DNA of 64,000 bases, taken from positions 1,763-65,762 of the forward strand of contig JAPLPG010000314.1 in NCBI GenBank assembly GCA_026400375.1, written 5' to 3'. This DNA is from Novosphingobium sp. Lineage in GTDB: Bacteria > Pseudomonadota > Alphaproteobacteria > Sphingomonadales > Sphingomonadaceae. Under the pieces are notes generated by a model. The model was given only the letters and a program-made list of their open reading frames with translations. It had not been told where the DNA came from and ran no database searches. Positions 1 through 9,839 of the stretch are shown here, piece after piece. The position numbers and the translations under genes were made by a program. Numbering within the stretch: the stretch's first letter is position 1; every line of letters begins with the position of its first letter.

Positions 1-267
1 TGCCTTTACCCGCGCAACGAGCGGATGGCCGAAGTCATTACCCCGGTCGGCCCGGCGCCCTTGCGGCACGATGCCATTGCCCGCCACTCGGTCTATGGCG
101 ATGGCGTTTCTGTGGGCTATGTCGCGGATCAGGACCTGTCGATCGGCACGACCCAGCAGCAGGGCCTCAATTCGCGCGGCTTCAAGGGCTGCATCCTGCC
201 GGGCCAGGAAAAGCGCGTGCAGCGTTTCCATGAACGGCTCAACGATTTCGTGCTGAACAAGGATTGA
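1..267 (+). CDS. C-terminal fragment of a Rieske aromatic ring-hydroxylating oxygenase alpha subunit (5'-truncated by window)
   Basis: Frame open from base 1; C-terminus DQDLSIGTTQQQGLNSRGF...GQEKRVQRFHERL matches the D-x5-QxGL...E-x4-FH tail of Rieske catalytic domains. Confidence 0.7.
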   Translation, partial: CLYPRNERMAEVITPVGPAPLRHDAIARHSVYGDGVSVGYVADQDLSIGTTQQQGLNSRGFKGCILPGQEKRVQRFHERLNDFVLNKD

Positions 268-272
268 GGGCG

Positions 273-824
273 ATGGGCGATATCCGCGTCGTTCCCGGCC
301 AGACCGGTCCGCACTTGATGCAGGTGGCCTTCATCGTCGATGACGTGGAGGCCGCTGCCAGGGCGTGGATTGCCACCACCGGCATCGGGCCGTTCCATCT
401 GATATCGCACATCCAGCTGGCCGAACTGACCTATCGCGGCGTGCCGGGGCAGAGCCTCGATTTCTCGGTCGCGCTGGCCCAGTCGGGCGGAATGCAGATC
501 GAGCTGATCCAGCAGCATTGCGACAGCCCCAGCGCCTATCGCGATACCATCGCCAAGGGTGCACAAGGCTTCCACCACTTCTGCATCTATACCGACGATT
601 ACGACGCCTGCCGGCAGCGCTATGTCGATCAGGGCTTCGTCGCGGCGGTGGATGGCAAGTTCGGGGACATGCGCTTCTGCTATGTCGATACCTCGTCCTC
701 GCTGGGCTGCATGATCGAGATCGTCGAACAGGACGATGTCGAGACCGAGGCCTTCACGCGCATTGCGCAAAGCGCGGCGGACTGGGACGGCGTGACCGAT
801 CCGATCCGTCCGCTGTTTGCCTGA
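273..824 (+). CDS. VOC family protein (glyoxalase/methylmalonyl-CoA epimerase-like)
   Basis: QVAFIVDDVEAA...GIGPF, QIELIQ, GFHHFC, IEIVE motifs; ATG at 273 after GAGG. Confidence 0.85.
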   Translation: MGDIRVVPGQTGPHLMQVAFIVDDVEAAARAWIATTGIGPFHLISHIQLAELTYRGVPGQSLDFSVALAQSGGMQIELIQQHCDSPSAYRDTIAKGAQGFHHFCIYTDDYDACRQRYVDQGFVAAVDGKFGDMRFCYVDTSSSLGCMIEIVEQDDVETEAFTRIAQSAADWDGVTDPIRPLFA

Positions 825-850
825 CCGAAGCCTTGCCAGAAGGATTGAAC

Positions 851-1288
851 ATGATGCAGTGCCCGGTTGAAGACCGCCTGGCGATCCAGGACCTGATGAT
901 CGCCTATGCCCACGCGGTCGATACGGTCAGCGATATCGATGCCGTGTGCGATGTGTTCACGCCCGATGCGGTGTTCGATCTTTCCGGCATCGGCCTTGCG
1001 CCGCAGCTGGGCCACGCCGGCATCCGCGCCTTCTTCGAGAACGTGTTCGCCAACATGGCGCATCACGCCCACTACCTGAGCAACTTTGCGGTCACCGCCT
1101 ATGCTGGCGATACGGCATCGATGCGTGCCTATGTGATCGGCATGGGCGTGGGCAAGGATGGCAGTTCGGTCACGGTCAACGGGCGCTACTACTTCGATGT
1201 GTGCCGGACCGACGCGGGCTGGAAAGCAACCCGCTATACGATGGATTTCCTGATGCCCCTGTCCGGGACGCTCGACAACGCCAAATAG
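851..1288 (+). CDS. NTF2/SnoaL-like protein (LinA/BaiE/scytalone dehydratase-like)
   Basis: EDRLAIQDL..YAHAVD, FTPDAVFD, HAHYLSN, GRYYF..RT..GWK; ATG 851 after AGGA. Confidence 0.85.
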   Translation: MMQCPVEDRLAIQDLMIAYAHAVDTVSDIDAVCDVFTPDAVFDLSGIGLAPQLGHAGIRAFFENVFANMAHHAHYLSNFAVTAYAGDTASMRAYVIGMGVGKDGSSVTVNGRYYFDVCRTDAGWKATRYTMDFLMPLSGTLDNAK

Positions 1289-1305
1289 GCCCGGCCGAAC
1301 AGTGC

Positions 1306-1662
1306 CTAGAGCGGCGGCAGTTGCGAGTGGCAGGCCTGCACCGAGAATGTCCGCATGCTGGCGCGGTCGAACAGGTTGTGTTCGTCCGCGATGATCTCGG
1401 CCATGGTTGCCGGATCGGCCATGGCGGCAAAGCAGGCATCGCAGGTGGCCTGGTCGGGGAAATCGATTTCCAGCACGACATCGAACGCGCCGGGATCTTC
1501 GATGCCATCGCGCGCATGCAGGTGCTTGCGCACATAGCGGGTGGCCCAGCCGGACAGGACCTTTTCGCCGATCAGCCGGTGGCGGGTTTCGTAATAGGCG
1601 ATGAAATCGGCCTTGCTCATGCCTTCACGGCGTTTGAGCAGGGTGAGGACGGTGATCGTCAC
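1306..1662 (-). CDS. EthD domain protein
   Basis: LLKRREGMSKADFIAYYETRH...FDVVLEIDF...IIADEHNLFDR; GTG start overlaps upstream TGA (GTGA). Confidence 0.8.
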   Translation of the reverse strand: MTITVLTLLKRREGMSKADFIAYYETRHRLIGEKVLSGWATRYVRKHLHARDGIEDPGAFDVVLEIDFPDQATCDACFAAMADPATMAEIIADEHNLFDRASMRTFSVQACHSQLPPL

Positions 1663-2462
1663 GCGTAAGCCTCGAGCCAGCGGCGGGTGGCCTCGGCCAC
1701 GGCGCGCGCGCGAAGGGCCGGGTGTGGGAAGGCATCGCGCAACGCCTGCGAGCGCAGTTCGATGGCCAGCGGGATGTTGGCGGGCAGGGCGCGGTACAGC
1801 GCGGCAAGCGGCAGGGCGCCTTCGCCGCACTGTTCGCGCAGATTGATCGCATCGTCGATCACCGCGTCGAAGTCTGCCGGATCGGGGCGCAGCGCAGGCG
1901 CATCGCAGAACTGCGCATAGGGAAGCAGCGCCGGATCGATCCGGGCAATGTCGGCAATCGTCGTGCCTGACCGATCGACATGGATCGGATCGATCAGCAC
2001 CGCGCGCAGCGGATGCGCCACCGCATCGAGAATCGACAGTGCGGTGGCAAGGTCCTTCACCTCGGTAAAGATGCCGAATTCCAGCGCGATCCTGAGCCCT
2101 GAACCTTCGGCATGGCGGCACAGCTGCACCAGATGGTCGGCAGTGCGCGCGTGATCGGGAACCGACGATACGCACAGGACATTGGCGGCAGCCAGGTCTG
2201 CGCCGACGTCGAGGATCCTGCGGTGATCGTCGATCAGGCTGTCGGGCTTGATCCACACCACTTCGACATCGAGCAGCGGCAGGCCGCCAGCGGCCAGCGC
2301 GGCGCGCGCTTCACGCGAGTCCTGCGCGCTCCACGTGGCGGGATCGACCCACAGGCCGACCATGTCGAAGCCTCCGGCAACGGCAGCTTCGATCGTGGCG
2401 ACGGGGCCGAATTCGGGGACGACGCCCGAAGCCAGCGAGATCGGTGGCATCGCGCCTGTCAC
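1659..2462 (-). CDS. Sugar phosphate isomerase/epimerase family (xylose isomerase-like TIM barrel)
   Basis: ALEF, IDPIHVDR, QFCDA, R..CGEGALPL, IELRS metal-site pattern. Confidence 0.8.
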   Translation of the reverse strand: MTGAMPPISLASGVVPEFGPVATIEAAVAGGFDMVGLWVDPATWSAQDSREARAALAAGGLPLLDVEVVWIKPDSLIDDHRRILDVGADLAAANVLCVSSVPDHARTADHLVQLCRHAEGSGLRIALEFGIFTEVKDLATALSILDAVAHPLRAVLIDPIHVDRSGTTIADIARIDPALLPYAQFCDAPALRPDPADFDAVIDDAINLREQCGEGALPLAALYRALPANIPLAIELRSQALRDAFPHPALRARAVAEATRRWLEAYA

Positions 2463-3637
2463 ATCACGGGTTCGGGCAGGGTCGCATCATCCTGCAGATA
2501 CCAGTCGAGCCATTCGTGGAAGAACTGGTTGCCGCGCTCGTTTCGGCCGAACACCAGTTCGTCATGCGCGCCCGATTCCAGGCCCTTCTGGATTTCGAGG
2601 CCGATCACGTAGTCTTCCTCATACGTCACGTCGCGGAAGAAGTTCATCGCCGCTTCCACGCCTGCGCGGTCTTCCTCGTCGCGGATCGGTTCACGGCGCA
2701 GGTAGTTGAGGACGGTGCGATTCTCGCCCGGCGTCGGCCCGGGGAAAAGCTGGGCGATCTGGGTGATTTCCGGTGCGATGAAGGCCGATACGTTGGGGAA
2801 CATGATCCGCACGAAATCGAAGCCGTTGTTTTCCTGGTTGCCCCACTCCTCGCGCGGGACGCCATCCAGCGCCTCGGCAATGCGATGGTGCGGAAAGCCG
2901 ATGCGCTGGTGCGGGCCGAAACCTTCGTAATGCATGCAGTTGGACGGCGTGCGCGGGAAGATCGTTTCGGGGTGGAGCGAGGCGAAGTGATAGCCTTCGA
3001 GGTAGCCATCATAGGCGACCTTCCAGTTGGCGCCATGGATTGTGCGGCTGCCCATGTAGGTCCAGTTGCCGAAATCGAGCGCTTCGAAATCATCGAGGAA
3101 GCCGCGGAAATAGGCGTCCACGTCGATCGGGGCATTGGGCGTGAGGACCACGAAGATCATCCCGGCGCGCTCTTCGCAGGGCAGTTCGCGCAGGCCCAGT
3201 TCGGCCTTGCGCACTTCGCCGAACTTGCTGGCTTCCGATACGCCGATCAGCTTGCCATCGGCGCCATAGGTCCAGCCGTGGTACTTGCAGGTGAAGCGGG
3301 GGCAATTGCCGTGGCCTTCGGCCGCCACTGGCGCGGCGCGGTGCGAACAGACGTTGAGGAAGGCGCGCACCTTGCCCGCCTTGTCGCGGTTGATCAGCAC
3401 CGGCATGCCGACCGCGTCCATCGCCTTGTAATCGCCCGCATTGGGCAGCTCGGCGGTGAAGGCCAGCATCAGCGGCACGCGCTTGAAGATCAGCTCAACT
3501 TCCGCTTTCCACTGATCGGGATCGGTGTAGCTGCGGGCGGGCACGCGCTTGGTGGCATCGGTCAGGAACGTCTGCTTGTTCTCGACGTAATCGCGCATGA
3601 TGGCCGCGACATTTCCGATACGCTCGATCCGGTTCAT
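2459..3637 (-). CDS. Rieske non-heme iron oxygenase alpha subunit
   Basis: Rieske motif CSH...CKYH; NWK...EGYHFASLH and EED facial triad; start MNRIERI at 3637. Confidence 0.92.
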   Translation of the reverse strand: MNRIERIGNVAAIMRDYVENKQTFLTDATKRVPARSYTDPDQWKAEVELIFKRVPLMLAFTAELPNAGDYKAMDAVGMPVLINRDKAGKVRAFLNVCSHRAAPVAAEGHGNCPRFTCKYHGWTYGADGKLIGVSEASKFGEVRKAELGLRELPCEERAGMIFVVLTPNAPIDVDAYFRGFLDDFEALDFGNWTYMGSRTIHGANWKVAYDGYLEGYHFASLHPETIFPRTPSNCMHYEGFGPHQRIGFPHHRIAEALDGVPREEWGNQENNGFDFVRIMFPNVSAFIAPEITQIAQLFPGPTPGENRTVLNYLRREPIRDEEDRAGVEAAMNFFRDVTYEEDYVIGLEIQKGLESGAHDELVFGRNERGNQFFHEWLDWYLQDDATLPEPVM

Positions 3638-3792
3638 ATGGTGCCTCTCCGCGCCCGCTTGGCGGGCTGTTGCAGCAACAATGCCCTGTGCAAGGGCGGG
3701 GGGGAAACTGTGACAGGGGTTAGGTTTCACGTTTGGGCGAACTCGCCTTTTCGCCAATTGCGGGGCACCGGTCCAGCGGGGGAGATCGCGCC

Positions 3793-5412
3793 ATGACCGA
3801 TATCGCTGCAAAACCGTGGGACTGGCTCCCGATTCCTGCGCCGCATCAGGCGGCATTTGCCCGAACCGGCGTGTGGGACAGGAAGACACTGGCTGACCTT
3901 GCGCGCGAGCGGGCGCACCAGGCGCCGGACTTCGTCTGCTTCATCGATGGCGAAGGCAGCTATACCTTTGCGCGGGTGCTGGCCGAGGCCGAAGCGCTTG
4001 CCGCGACGCTGCATGCGCGCGGGCTGGGCGCGGGCGATGTGATCGCGTTCCAGGTGCCGAACTGGCGCGAAGCGGCGGTGATCAATCTGGCGGCGGTGAT
4101 CGGCGGCATGATCGTCAACCCGATCGTGCCGATCTATCGCGATGCCGAAATGCTGATGATGCTGGGCGATTGCGGAGCCAAGGCGATCTTCGTGCCGCAG
4201 GTGTGGCGGCGGGTCGATTATGCCGCAATGGCCGGCCGATGCCGTGATGCCCTGCCGCAGCTGGAGCACGTGTTCACCGTGCGCGGGACGGGCGAGGACG
4301 ATTACGCCGCGCTGGTGGAGCAAGGCCGGAGCGCGACGTGGCAGGGGCCGGATGTCGACCCGCTGGGCGTGAAGATGGTGCTCTATACCTCGGGCACGAC
4401 CGGGCGGCCCAAGGGCGTGCTGCACAGCCATTGCACACTGGCGCATATCGTTGCGGCGAGTGCCCGGCACTGGGGTCTGGCAGCGGGCGAGGCGACGCTG
4501 ATGCCATCGCCGGTCACCCACGTTTCCGGCTATGCCAACGGGCTGGAAGCGCCGTTCATCTGTGGGACCAGCACGGTGCTGATGGAGGCGTGGAACGCCG
4601 CCGATGCGCTGGCCCTGATCGAGGCGCATCACTGCGTCGGCACGGTGGCGGCAACGCCATTCCTGGTGGAACTGGCGGCAGCGGCGCGGGCGGCGGGCAC
4701 CGGCCTGCCAAGCTTCCGCTTCTTCGCCTGCGGCGGCGCGGCGGTTCCCGCAGACCTCATTCCGGCGGCCAATGCCGCCTTCGACAATGCCCGCGCGTTT
4801 CGCGTGTTCGGCGCGTCCGAAGTGCCGCTGGTGACCTTCGGCTGGCCGCAGGACGAAGCGCTTGCCGCCACCACCGATGGCGCAGTGATCGATTACGACG
4901 TGCGGATCGTGGACCATGACGACGCCGCCCTGCCGCCCGGAGCAGAAGGCGAAATCCTCGCGCGGGGGCCCGCCATGATGCTGGGCTATGCCGATGCGGC
5001 CCAGACCGCCGAGGCGATTACGGCGGACGGGTTTTTCCGCACGGGCGATCTTGGCGTGCTGTCTGCCGATGGGGCCATCACCATCACCGGGCGCAAGAAG
5101 GATCTGATCATCCGCGGCGGCGAGAATATCTCTGCCAAGGAAATCGAGGACGTGCTGCACACGCACCCGGCGGTAAAGGAAGCCGCCGTTGTCTCCATGC
5201 CGCACGAACGGCTGGGCGAGGGCGTGTGTGCCTATGTGCTGCTGTCGGGCGATGCCGATGCCGATACCCTGGCGGCGCATGTCGGTGCATCGGGGCTGGC
5301 CAAGCAGAAGATTCCCGAACGCTTCGAATTCCGCGAAGACTTTCCCCGCACCGCCAGCGGCAAGGTGCGCAAGGACTTGCTGAGAAACGATATCAGGAGC
5401 AGGATTGGCTGA
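3793..5412 (+). CDS. AMP-binding acyl-CoA synthetase (cyclohexanecarboxylate-CoA ligase-like)
   Basis: YTSGTTGRPKG, FGASE, FRTGDLG, GRKKDLIIRGGEN, PRTASGKV; GGAGA RBS. Confidence 0.92.
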   Translation: MTDIAAKPWDWLPIPAPHQAAFARTGVWDRKTLADLARERAHQAPDFVCFIDGEGSYTFARVLAEAEALAATLHARGLGAGDVIAFQVPNWREAAVINLAAVIGGMIVNPIVPIYRDAEMLMMLGDCGAKAIFVPQVWRRVDYAAMAGRCRDALPQLEHVFTVRGTGEDDYAALVEQGRSATWQGPDVDPLGVKMVLYTSGTTGRPKGVLHSHCTLAHIVAASARHWGLAAGEATLMPSPVTHVSGYANGLEAPFICGTSTVLMEAWNAADALALIEAHHCVGTVAATPFLVELAAAARAAGTGLPSFRFFACGGAAVPADLIPAANAAFDNARAFRVFGASEVPLVTFGWPQDEALAATTDGAVIDYDVRIVDHDDAALPPGAEGEILARGPAMMLGYADAAQTAEAITADGFFRTGDLGVLSADGAITITGRKKDLIIRGGENISAKEIEDVLHTHPAVKEAAVVSMPHERLGEGVCAYVLLSGDADADTLAAHVGASGLAKQKIPERFEFREDFPRTASGKVRKDLLRNDIRSRIG

Positions 5413-5414
5413 GC

Positions 5415-5729
5415 ATGCAGGTGCATTCACAGGAGGCAAGCTTGCACGAATCCGTCCCGACATCGCACCGCCTGCACTGGCGCGCGCTCATGTGGTGGGG
5501 CATTGCCTTGGTGCTGTGCGCTCCTGCTGTCGCAATGCAGTTCACGCGCGAGGTGAATTGGGGTGTCGAGGATTTTGCTTTTGCCGGGTTGCTGCTGGGT
5601 TCGGCCGGGGCAATGTTGGAGCTAGTGCATCGAAAGGCGCGGCAACCGCAGATTGTGGCGATCGCCAGTGCCGCGACTGCGGCGCTGGTTCTGGTGATCT
5701 GGGCAGACGCGGCGGTCGGCATCTTCTGA
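5415..5729 (+). CDS. Small 3-TM hypothetical membrane protein
   Basis: Hydrophobic segments; AMQFTREVNW..DF and W...AVGIF ending resemble a recurrent uncharacterised family; start uncertain. Confidence 0.6.
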   Translation: MQVHSQEASLHESVPTSHRLHWRALMWWGIALVLCAPAVAMQFTREVNWGVEDFAFAGLLLGSAGAMLELVHRKARQPQIVAIASAATAALVLVIWADAAVGIF

Positions 5730-5748
5730 CAACACCGCGTTCGGCGAT

Positions 5749-6567
5749 TCAACCCTCGACCATCGCCTTTGCCACCGCGGCGTTGATCTCCTCGCGCGTG
5801 GGGTTGCGCCGCAGGGTCAGGCCGCCATTCACTTGCAGGTTCTCGCCGGTCATGAAGCATTCGTCGCTGGCGAGGAACACCACGGCGGCGGCAACGTCTT
5901 CCGAGGTGCCCCAGCGGCCGAGAGGGTAGGCGGTGCGGAAGCTTTCGAACAGGCCCGGCACGTCCTTTGCCGCCGCGTTCATCGGGGTATCGGTAAGGCC
6001 GGGGGAAATCGAATTGGCGCGGATGCCCTCGGCGCCGAATTCGTGGGCGATGCAGCGCACGATGTGATCGGTGCCGGCCTTGGTGCCCATGTAGATCGCG
6101 TGATCGTTCAGCATGATCGTGGCGGTGGCCGAACTGATCGTCATCAGTGATCCGCCGCGTCCGCCCAGCGATCTTGCCATCTTGCGGATCATCGCCTGAA
6201 AGAACTGATGCGGACCGACCAGTTGAAGCGCGCTCATCGCGTCAAGTTCGGCGCGCGTCACTTCGAGGAAGGGTTTCAGCAGGCCCCAGCCGGTTGCGTT
6301 GATCGCGATGTCGATGCCGCCGAGCGTCTCGGCTGATGTATCGGCAAGGGCGTTGACGCTGTCCTCGTCGGTGATGTCGCACGTGGCCCAATGGCAGCCA
6401 TTCTGCGCCGCGAACTGCTGCAGCACGCTGTCCTTGCGGCCCGAAACCAGCACGGTTGCGCCTTCGTCCAGCAGGCGACGGGCGATGACCTGGCCCATGT
6501 TGCCTTCGCTGCTGGCCCCCAGTACCACTGCGGTCTTGCCTGCCAGGCGTCCCGTGCTTTCAGCCAT
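5749..6567 (-). CDS. SDR family oxidoreductase
   Basis: GASSEGNMG, YMGTK, NSISPG, FMTGENLQVNGG. Confidence 0.9.
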   Translation of the reverse strand: MAESTGRLAGKTAVVLGASSEGNMGQVIARRLLDEGATVLVSGRKDSVLQQFAAQNGCHWATCDITDEDSVNALADTSAETLGGIDIAINATGWGLLKPFLEVTRAELDAMSALQLVGPHQFFQAMIRKMARSLGGRGGSLMTISSATATIMLNDHAIYMGTKAGTDHIVRCIAHEFGAEGIRANSISPGLTDTPMNAAAKDVPGLFESFRTAYPLGRWGTSEDVAAAVVFLASDECFMTGENLQVNGGLTLRRNPTREEINAAVAKAMVEG

Positions 6568-6711
6568 TGCTGCTTGCTCCCATTTGCGTTTGCGGCACGC
6601 TAGCACCGGGCAGGCCCGGCCATTTCCTGTTCAAAAGGGGAGTGGCCTCGGGCAGGGTGGCTCTTCAAGGGTATGCCGCACAGAATCTTTGCAGGGTAGA
6701 GGAGCAGGAAC

Positions 6712-7470
6712 ATGGATCTCGGACTCAAGGGCAAGAAGGTGATCCTTACCGGCGGCAGCCGCGGGATCGGCCGCGCAGCGCCCGAACTGTTCGCGCAGGA
6801 AGGCTGCGATATCGCGTTCTTTTCGCGCAATGCGGAACAGGTTGCGGCCACGGTCGAATCGCTTGGTGCCCACGGCGGCAAGGTGGTGGGCGCGGCGCTG
6901 GATATGACCGATCACGATGCCTACCGCGCGTGGCTGGCATCAGCAGCCGAAGAGCTTGGCGGGTGCGATATCTTCGTGCCGGGCGCCAGCGCATCGGGAG
7001 CAGGCGCTACGGGAGATTGGGACGCCTGTTACAACATCGATATCAAGGGCACGGTCATCGGCTGCGAAGTGCTGGAGCCCTGGCTGGAAAAGAGCGACGC
7101 GGGATCGATCGTCTTCATGTCGAGCACGGCTGGCGTCGAGACGTTCATCGTGCCGCAGGCCTACAACTCGATCAAGGCCGCGCTGCTGACTTATGCCAAG
7201 CAGCTGGGCCAGGCGCTGGGCCCCAAGGGCATCCGCGTGAACTCGGTTTCGCCGGGGCCGATCGCGTTTCCGGGTGGCAACTGGGAAGCGATCAAGGCTG
7301 CCGCGCCGGGCCTTTACGACGCCACGGAAGCGCAGTTTGCGCTCGGCCGCTGGGGCGGGCCGGAAGAGGTAGCCAAGACTATTGTCTTTCTGGCGAGCCC
7401 TGCGTCCTCCTATACCACTGGCACCAATGTGGTGATCGACGGTGGTTATACCAAGCGCGTCCAGTTCTGA
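6712..7470 (+). CDS. SDR family oxidoreductase
   Basis: TGGSRGIG, YNSIK, RVNSVSPG, IDGG. Confidence 0.92.
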   Translation: MDLGLKGKKVILTGGSRGIGRAAPELFAQEGCDIAFFSRNAEQVAATVESLGAHGGKVVGAALDMTDHDAYRAWLASAAEELGGCDIFVPGASASGAGATGDWDACYNIDIKGTVIGCEVLEPWLEKSDAGSIVFMSSTAGVETFIVPQAYNSIKAALLTYAKQLGQALGPKGIRVNSVSPGPIAFPGGNWEAIKAAAPGLYDATEAQFALGRWGGPEEVAKTIVFLASPASSYTTGTNVVIDGGYTKRVQF

Positions 7471-7507
7471 CCTTTACTGCCACGGCGATCAGCAAAGGAT
7501 CACGGAC

Positions 7508-8035
7508 ATGACAGTCGGGGCACGGGCGATCCATCACGTCGGCGTGTCCGTCCCCGATCTTGCCAAGGCGCGCGAATTCTATCTCGACCTGCTGGGCGGG
7601 GTTGAAGTGGGCAAGCCGCTTGAATGGGAGGACAACCCGTTCATCGACGCGGTGGTCGGGCTGGAAAACAGCGCGGCGCACCAGTTCGTGTGCCGCCTTG
7701 GCAATGCCTATGTCGAGGTGTTCGAATACTTTGCCCCGCGCGCTGCGGCACAGGACCCGAACGAGGGCGTCAACCGCTTCGGCTATACCCATTTTGCGGT
7801 GCAGGTGGACGATATCGAGGCCTGTTACGAACGGCTGGTGGCCGCCGGCATCCGCGTTCACACCAGGCCATCGATGGACGGCATCACCATCGATGCCGAT
7901 GGCCGCAAGCATGGCTATGCCGCCACGTACTGCCGTGATTTCTTTGGCAATGTCTTCGAGATCATGGAAATCTACGACGATGACCAGATCCGCCCGGTCT
8001 GGCGCGCCGGTGAAGGCGTGATCCCGGCAGGCTGA
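7508..8035 (+). CDS. VOC family protein
   Basis: IHHVGVSVPDL, VEVFEY, GYTHFAVQVDD, RDFFGNVFEIME. Confidence 0.88.
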   Translation: MTVGARAIHHVGVSVPDLAKAREFYLDLLGGVEVGKPLEWEDNPFIDAVVGLENSAAHQFVCRLGNAYVEVFEYFAPRAAAQDPNEGVNRFGYTHFAVQVDDIEACYERLVAAGIRVHTRPSMDGITIDADGRKHGYAATYCRDFFGNVFEIMEIYDDDQIRPVWRAGEGVIPAG

Positions 8036-8074
8036 TCGCCGGCATCACGCACTGGGCTTTAGCCCCGGTTTGTA

Positions 8075-8815
8075 TCAGTGGCGGACCATCGCGCCGCCAT
8101 CGACCCACACGCCGTGCCCGGACATGAACCGCGCATCGTCGCTGCACAGGAACGCGATGACATCGGCAATGTCTTCGGGTTGGCCGAGGCGGCGCAGCGG
8201 GGCCTTGTTTTCCCAGAAGGTCTTGAATTCGGGCATCTGTTCAAAAGCAGGCGCGGTCATCGCGGTGGCAATGGCACCGGGCTGCACGCAGTTGACCGTG
8301 ATGCCGAAGGGGCCCAGTTCGGCCGCCGCCGATTTGGTGAAGCCCAGCACCGCGTGCTTTGACGCGGAATAGGCGCACAGGCCCTCGTCGCCGTGGCTTG
8401 AGGTGGTGGACCCGATGGTGACGATCCGGCCCTTGCCCGCCACCTTCAGGTGCGGCACCGCATCGCGCACCAGCCGGAACACGGACATCACGTTGACCTC
8501 CATAACGCGTGCGAAATAGGCGTCGTCGTGGCCTTCAAGCGGATGGAAGGCGCTGATCCCGGCGCAAGGCACCAGCGTATCGAGGCCGCCCATTGCCGCC
8601 ACCGCCGCCGCAACCAGCCGCGCGTTCGCGCCATCGCCGCTGAGGTCTGCGACGAAATCCACGCCGCTGGCGATATCGGCGGTGAACACCTGCGCACCAT
8701 CGGCGCGCAACCGTGCCGCCGTGGCAGCGCCAATGCCGGAGGCCGCGCCGGTGACGATGGCGCGGCGACCGGCGAGGCGGCCTGGTGAGCGGGCTGCGGG
8801 CGAATCAGAGGCCAT
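8075..8815 (-). CDS. SDR family oxidoreductase
   Basis: TGAASGIG, YSASK, VNCVQPG, VDGG. Confidence 0.92.
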   Translation of the reverse strand: MASDSPAARSPGRLAGRRAIVTGAASGIGAATAARLRADGAQVFTADIASGVDFVADLSGDGANARLVAAAVAAMGGLDTLVPCAGISAFHPLEGHDDAYFARVMEVNVMSVFRLVRDAVPHLKVAGKGRIVTIGSTTSSHGDEGLCAYSASKHAVLGFTKSAAAELGPFGITVNCVQPGAIATAMTAPAFEQMPEFKTFWENKAPLRRLGQPEDIADVIAFLCSDDARFMSGHGVWVDGGAMVRH

Positions 8816-9839
8816 CGGCGATCTTCAGCACCAGCTTTCCGGTATTGGCGCCGCTGAACAGGCGCATGAAGGCCGGAAAGGCGTTTTCCAGGCCGACCTG
8901 GAGATCCTCGTCGATGCGCAGTTTCCCTTGCGCCATCCATTCGGCCATGACCGCGCTGCCTTCGCCAAAGCGTGGCACGTAATCCATGATCAGATAGCCG
9001 TGGATCGTGGCCTGCTGGGCCAGGACCTGCCACAGGTTGCGGATGCCGATCTTGGTCGGCGAATTGTATTCGCTGATCAGGCCGCACAGCACGATCCTGG
9101 CATGCTTGGCCAGGTTCAGCAGTTCGGCATCGAACACATCGCCGCCAACGTTTTCAAAGATGACATCGGCGCCACCGGGCGCGGCCTGGCGAATTTCGGC
9201 GGCGAGCTGTTCGACCGACTTGCCCTTGTAATCGATCGCGACATCGAAGCCGTAGTCGTTGATCAGGCGGCGACATTTTTCGGCGCCACCGGCAATGCCG
9301 ATCACCCGGGCGCCCATGATCTTGCCGATCTGGCCCACCGCCGACCCGACTGCACCAGCCGCAGCCGATACGATCAGCGTTTCCCCCGGCTGCGGCTTTG
9401 CCACGTCGGCCAGTCCGAAATAGGCGGTAAGCCCCACCGCGCCCATCGCCGAAAGAAACCGGGATGGCGAATCTGCCAGTGTCGGATCAACCTTCATGGT
9501 GAAACCGCCGGCTTCCATGACCGAATAGTCTTCCAGCCCGTTCAGGCCCATGACCCAGTCACCCACCTGAAAATCGGGCGAATTCGAGGCCGCGACAACG
9601 CCCACCGTAGTGGCGCGAACCGGATCGCCGAGCGGAATCGGCGGCATGTAGCTGGGCGCATCGTCCATCCAGCCGCGCTGCGCCGGATCTAGCGACGCAT
9701 AGCAGTTGCGCACGACGATGCCGCCTGCGGGCGGGGTCGGGATGGCCTCTTCGACGAAGGCGAAATCTTCGGGCACCGGCGTGCCATCGGGCCGTCGGGC
9801 AAGGAGGAAGCGGCGGTTGGTGGTGGGGGTTGCAGGCAT
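8805..9839 (-). CDS. NADP-dependent MDR oxidoreductase (CurA/prostaglandin reductase-like)
   Basis: LARRPDG, SLDPAQRGWM, GLTAYFGL, SAAAGAVGS, CGLISEYN, NTGKLVL; real start MPATP inside the 851-aa ORF. Confidence 0.9.
   Translation of the reverse strand: MPATPTTNRRFLLARRPDGTPVPEDFAFVEEAIPTPPAGGIVVRNCYASLDPAQRGWMDDAPSYMPPIPLGDPVRATTVGVVAASNSPDFQVGDWVMGLNGLEDYSVMEAGGFTMKVDPTLADSPSRFLSAMGAVGLTAYFGLADVAKPQPGETLIVSAAAGAVGSAVGQIGKIMGARVIGIAGGAEKCRRLINDYGFDVAIDYKGKSVEQLAAEIRQAAPGGADVIFENVGGDVFDAELLNLAKHARIVLCGLISEYNSPTKIGIRNLWQVLAQQATIHGYLIMDYVPRFGEGSAVMAEWMAQGKLRIDEDLQVGLENAFPAFMRLFSGANTGKLVLKIADGL

Noticed and set aside
3727-5463. Long antisense ORFs (578 aa here; also 23934-25895, 29575-31869, 33988-35715, 49343-51334, 62500-63969)
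   Set aside because: Shadows of well-supported genes on the opposite strand, expected in high-GC DNA; no family motifs
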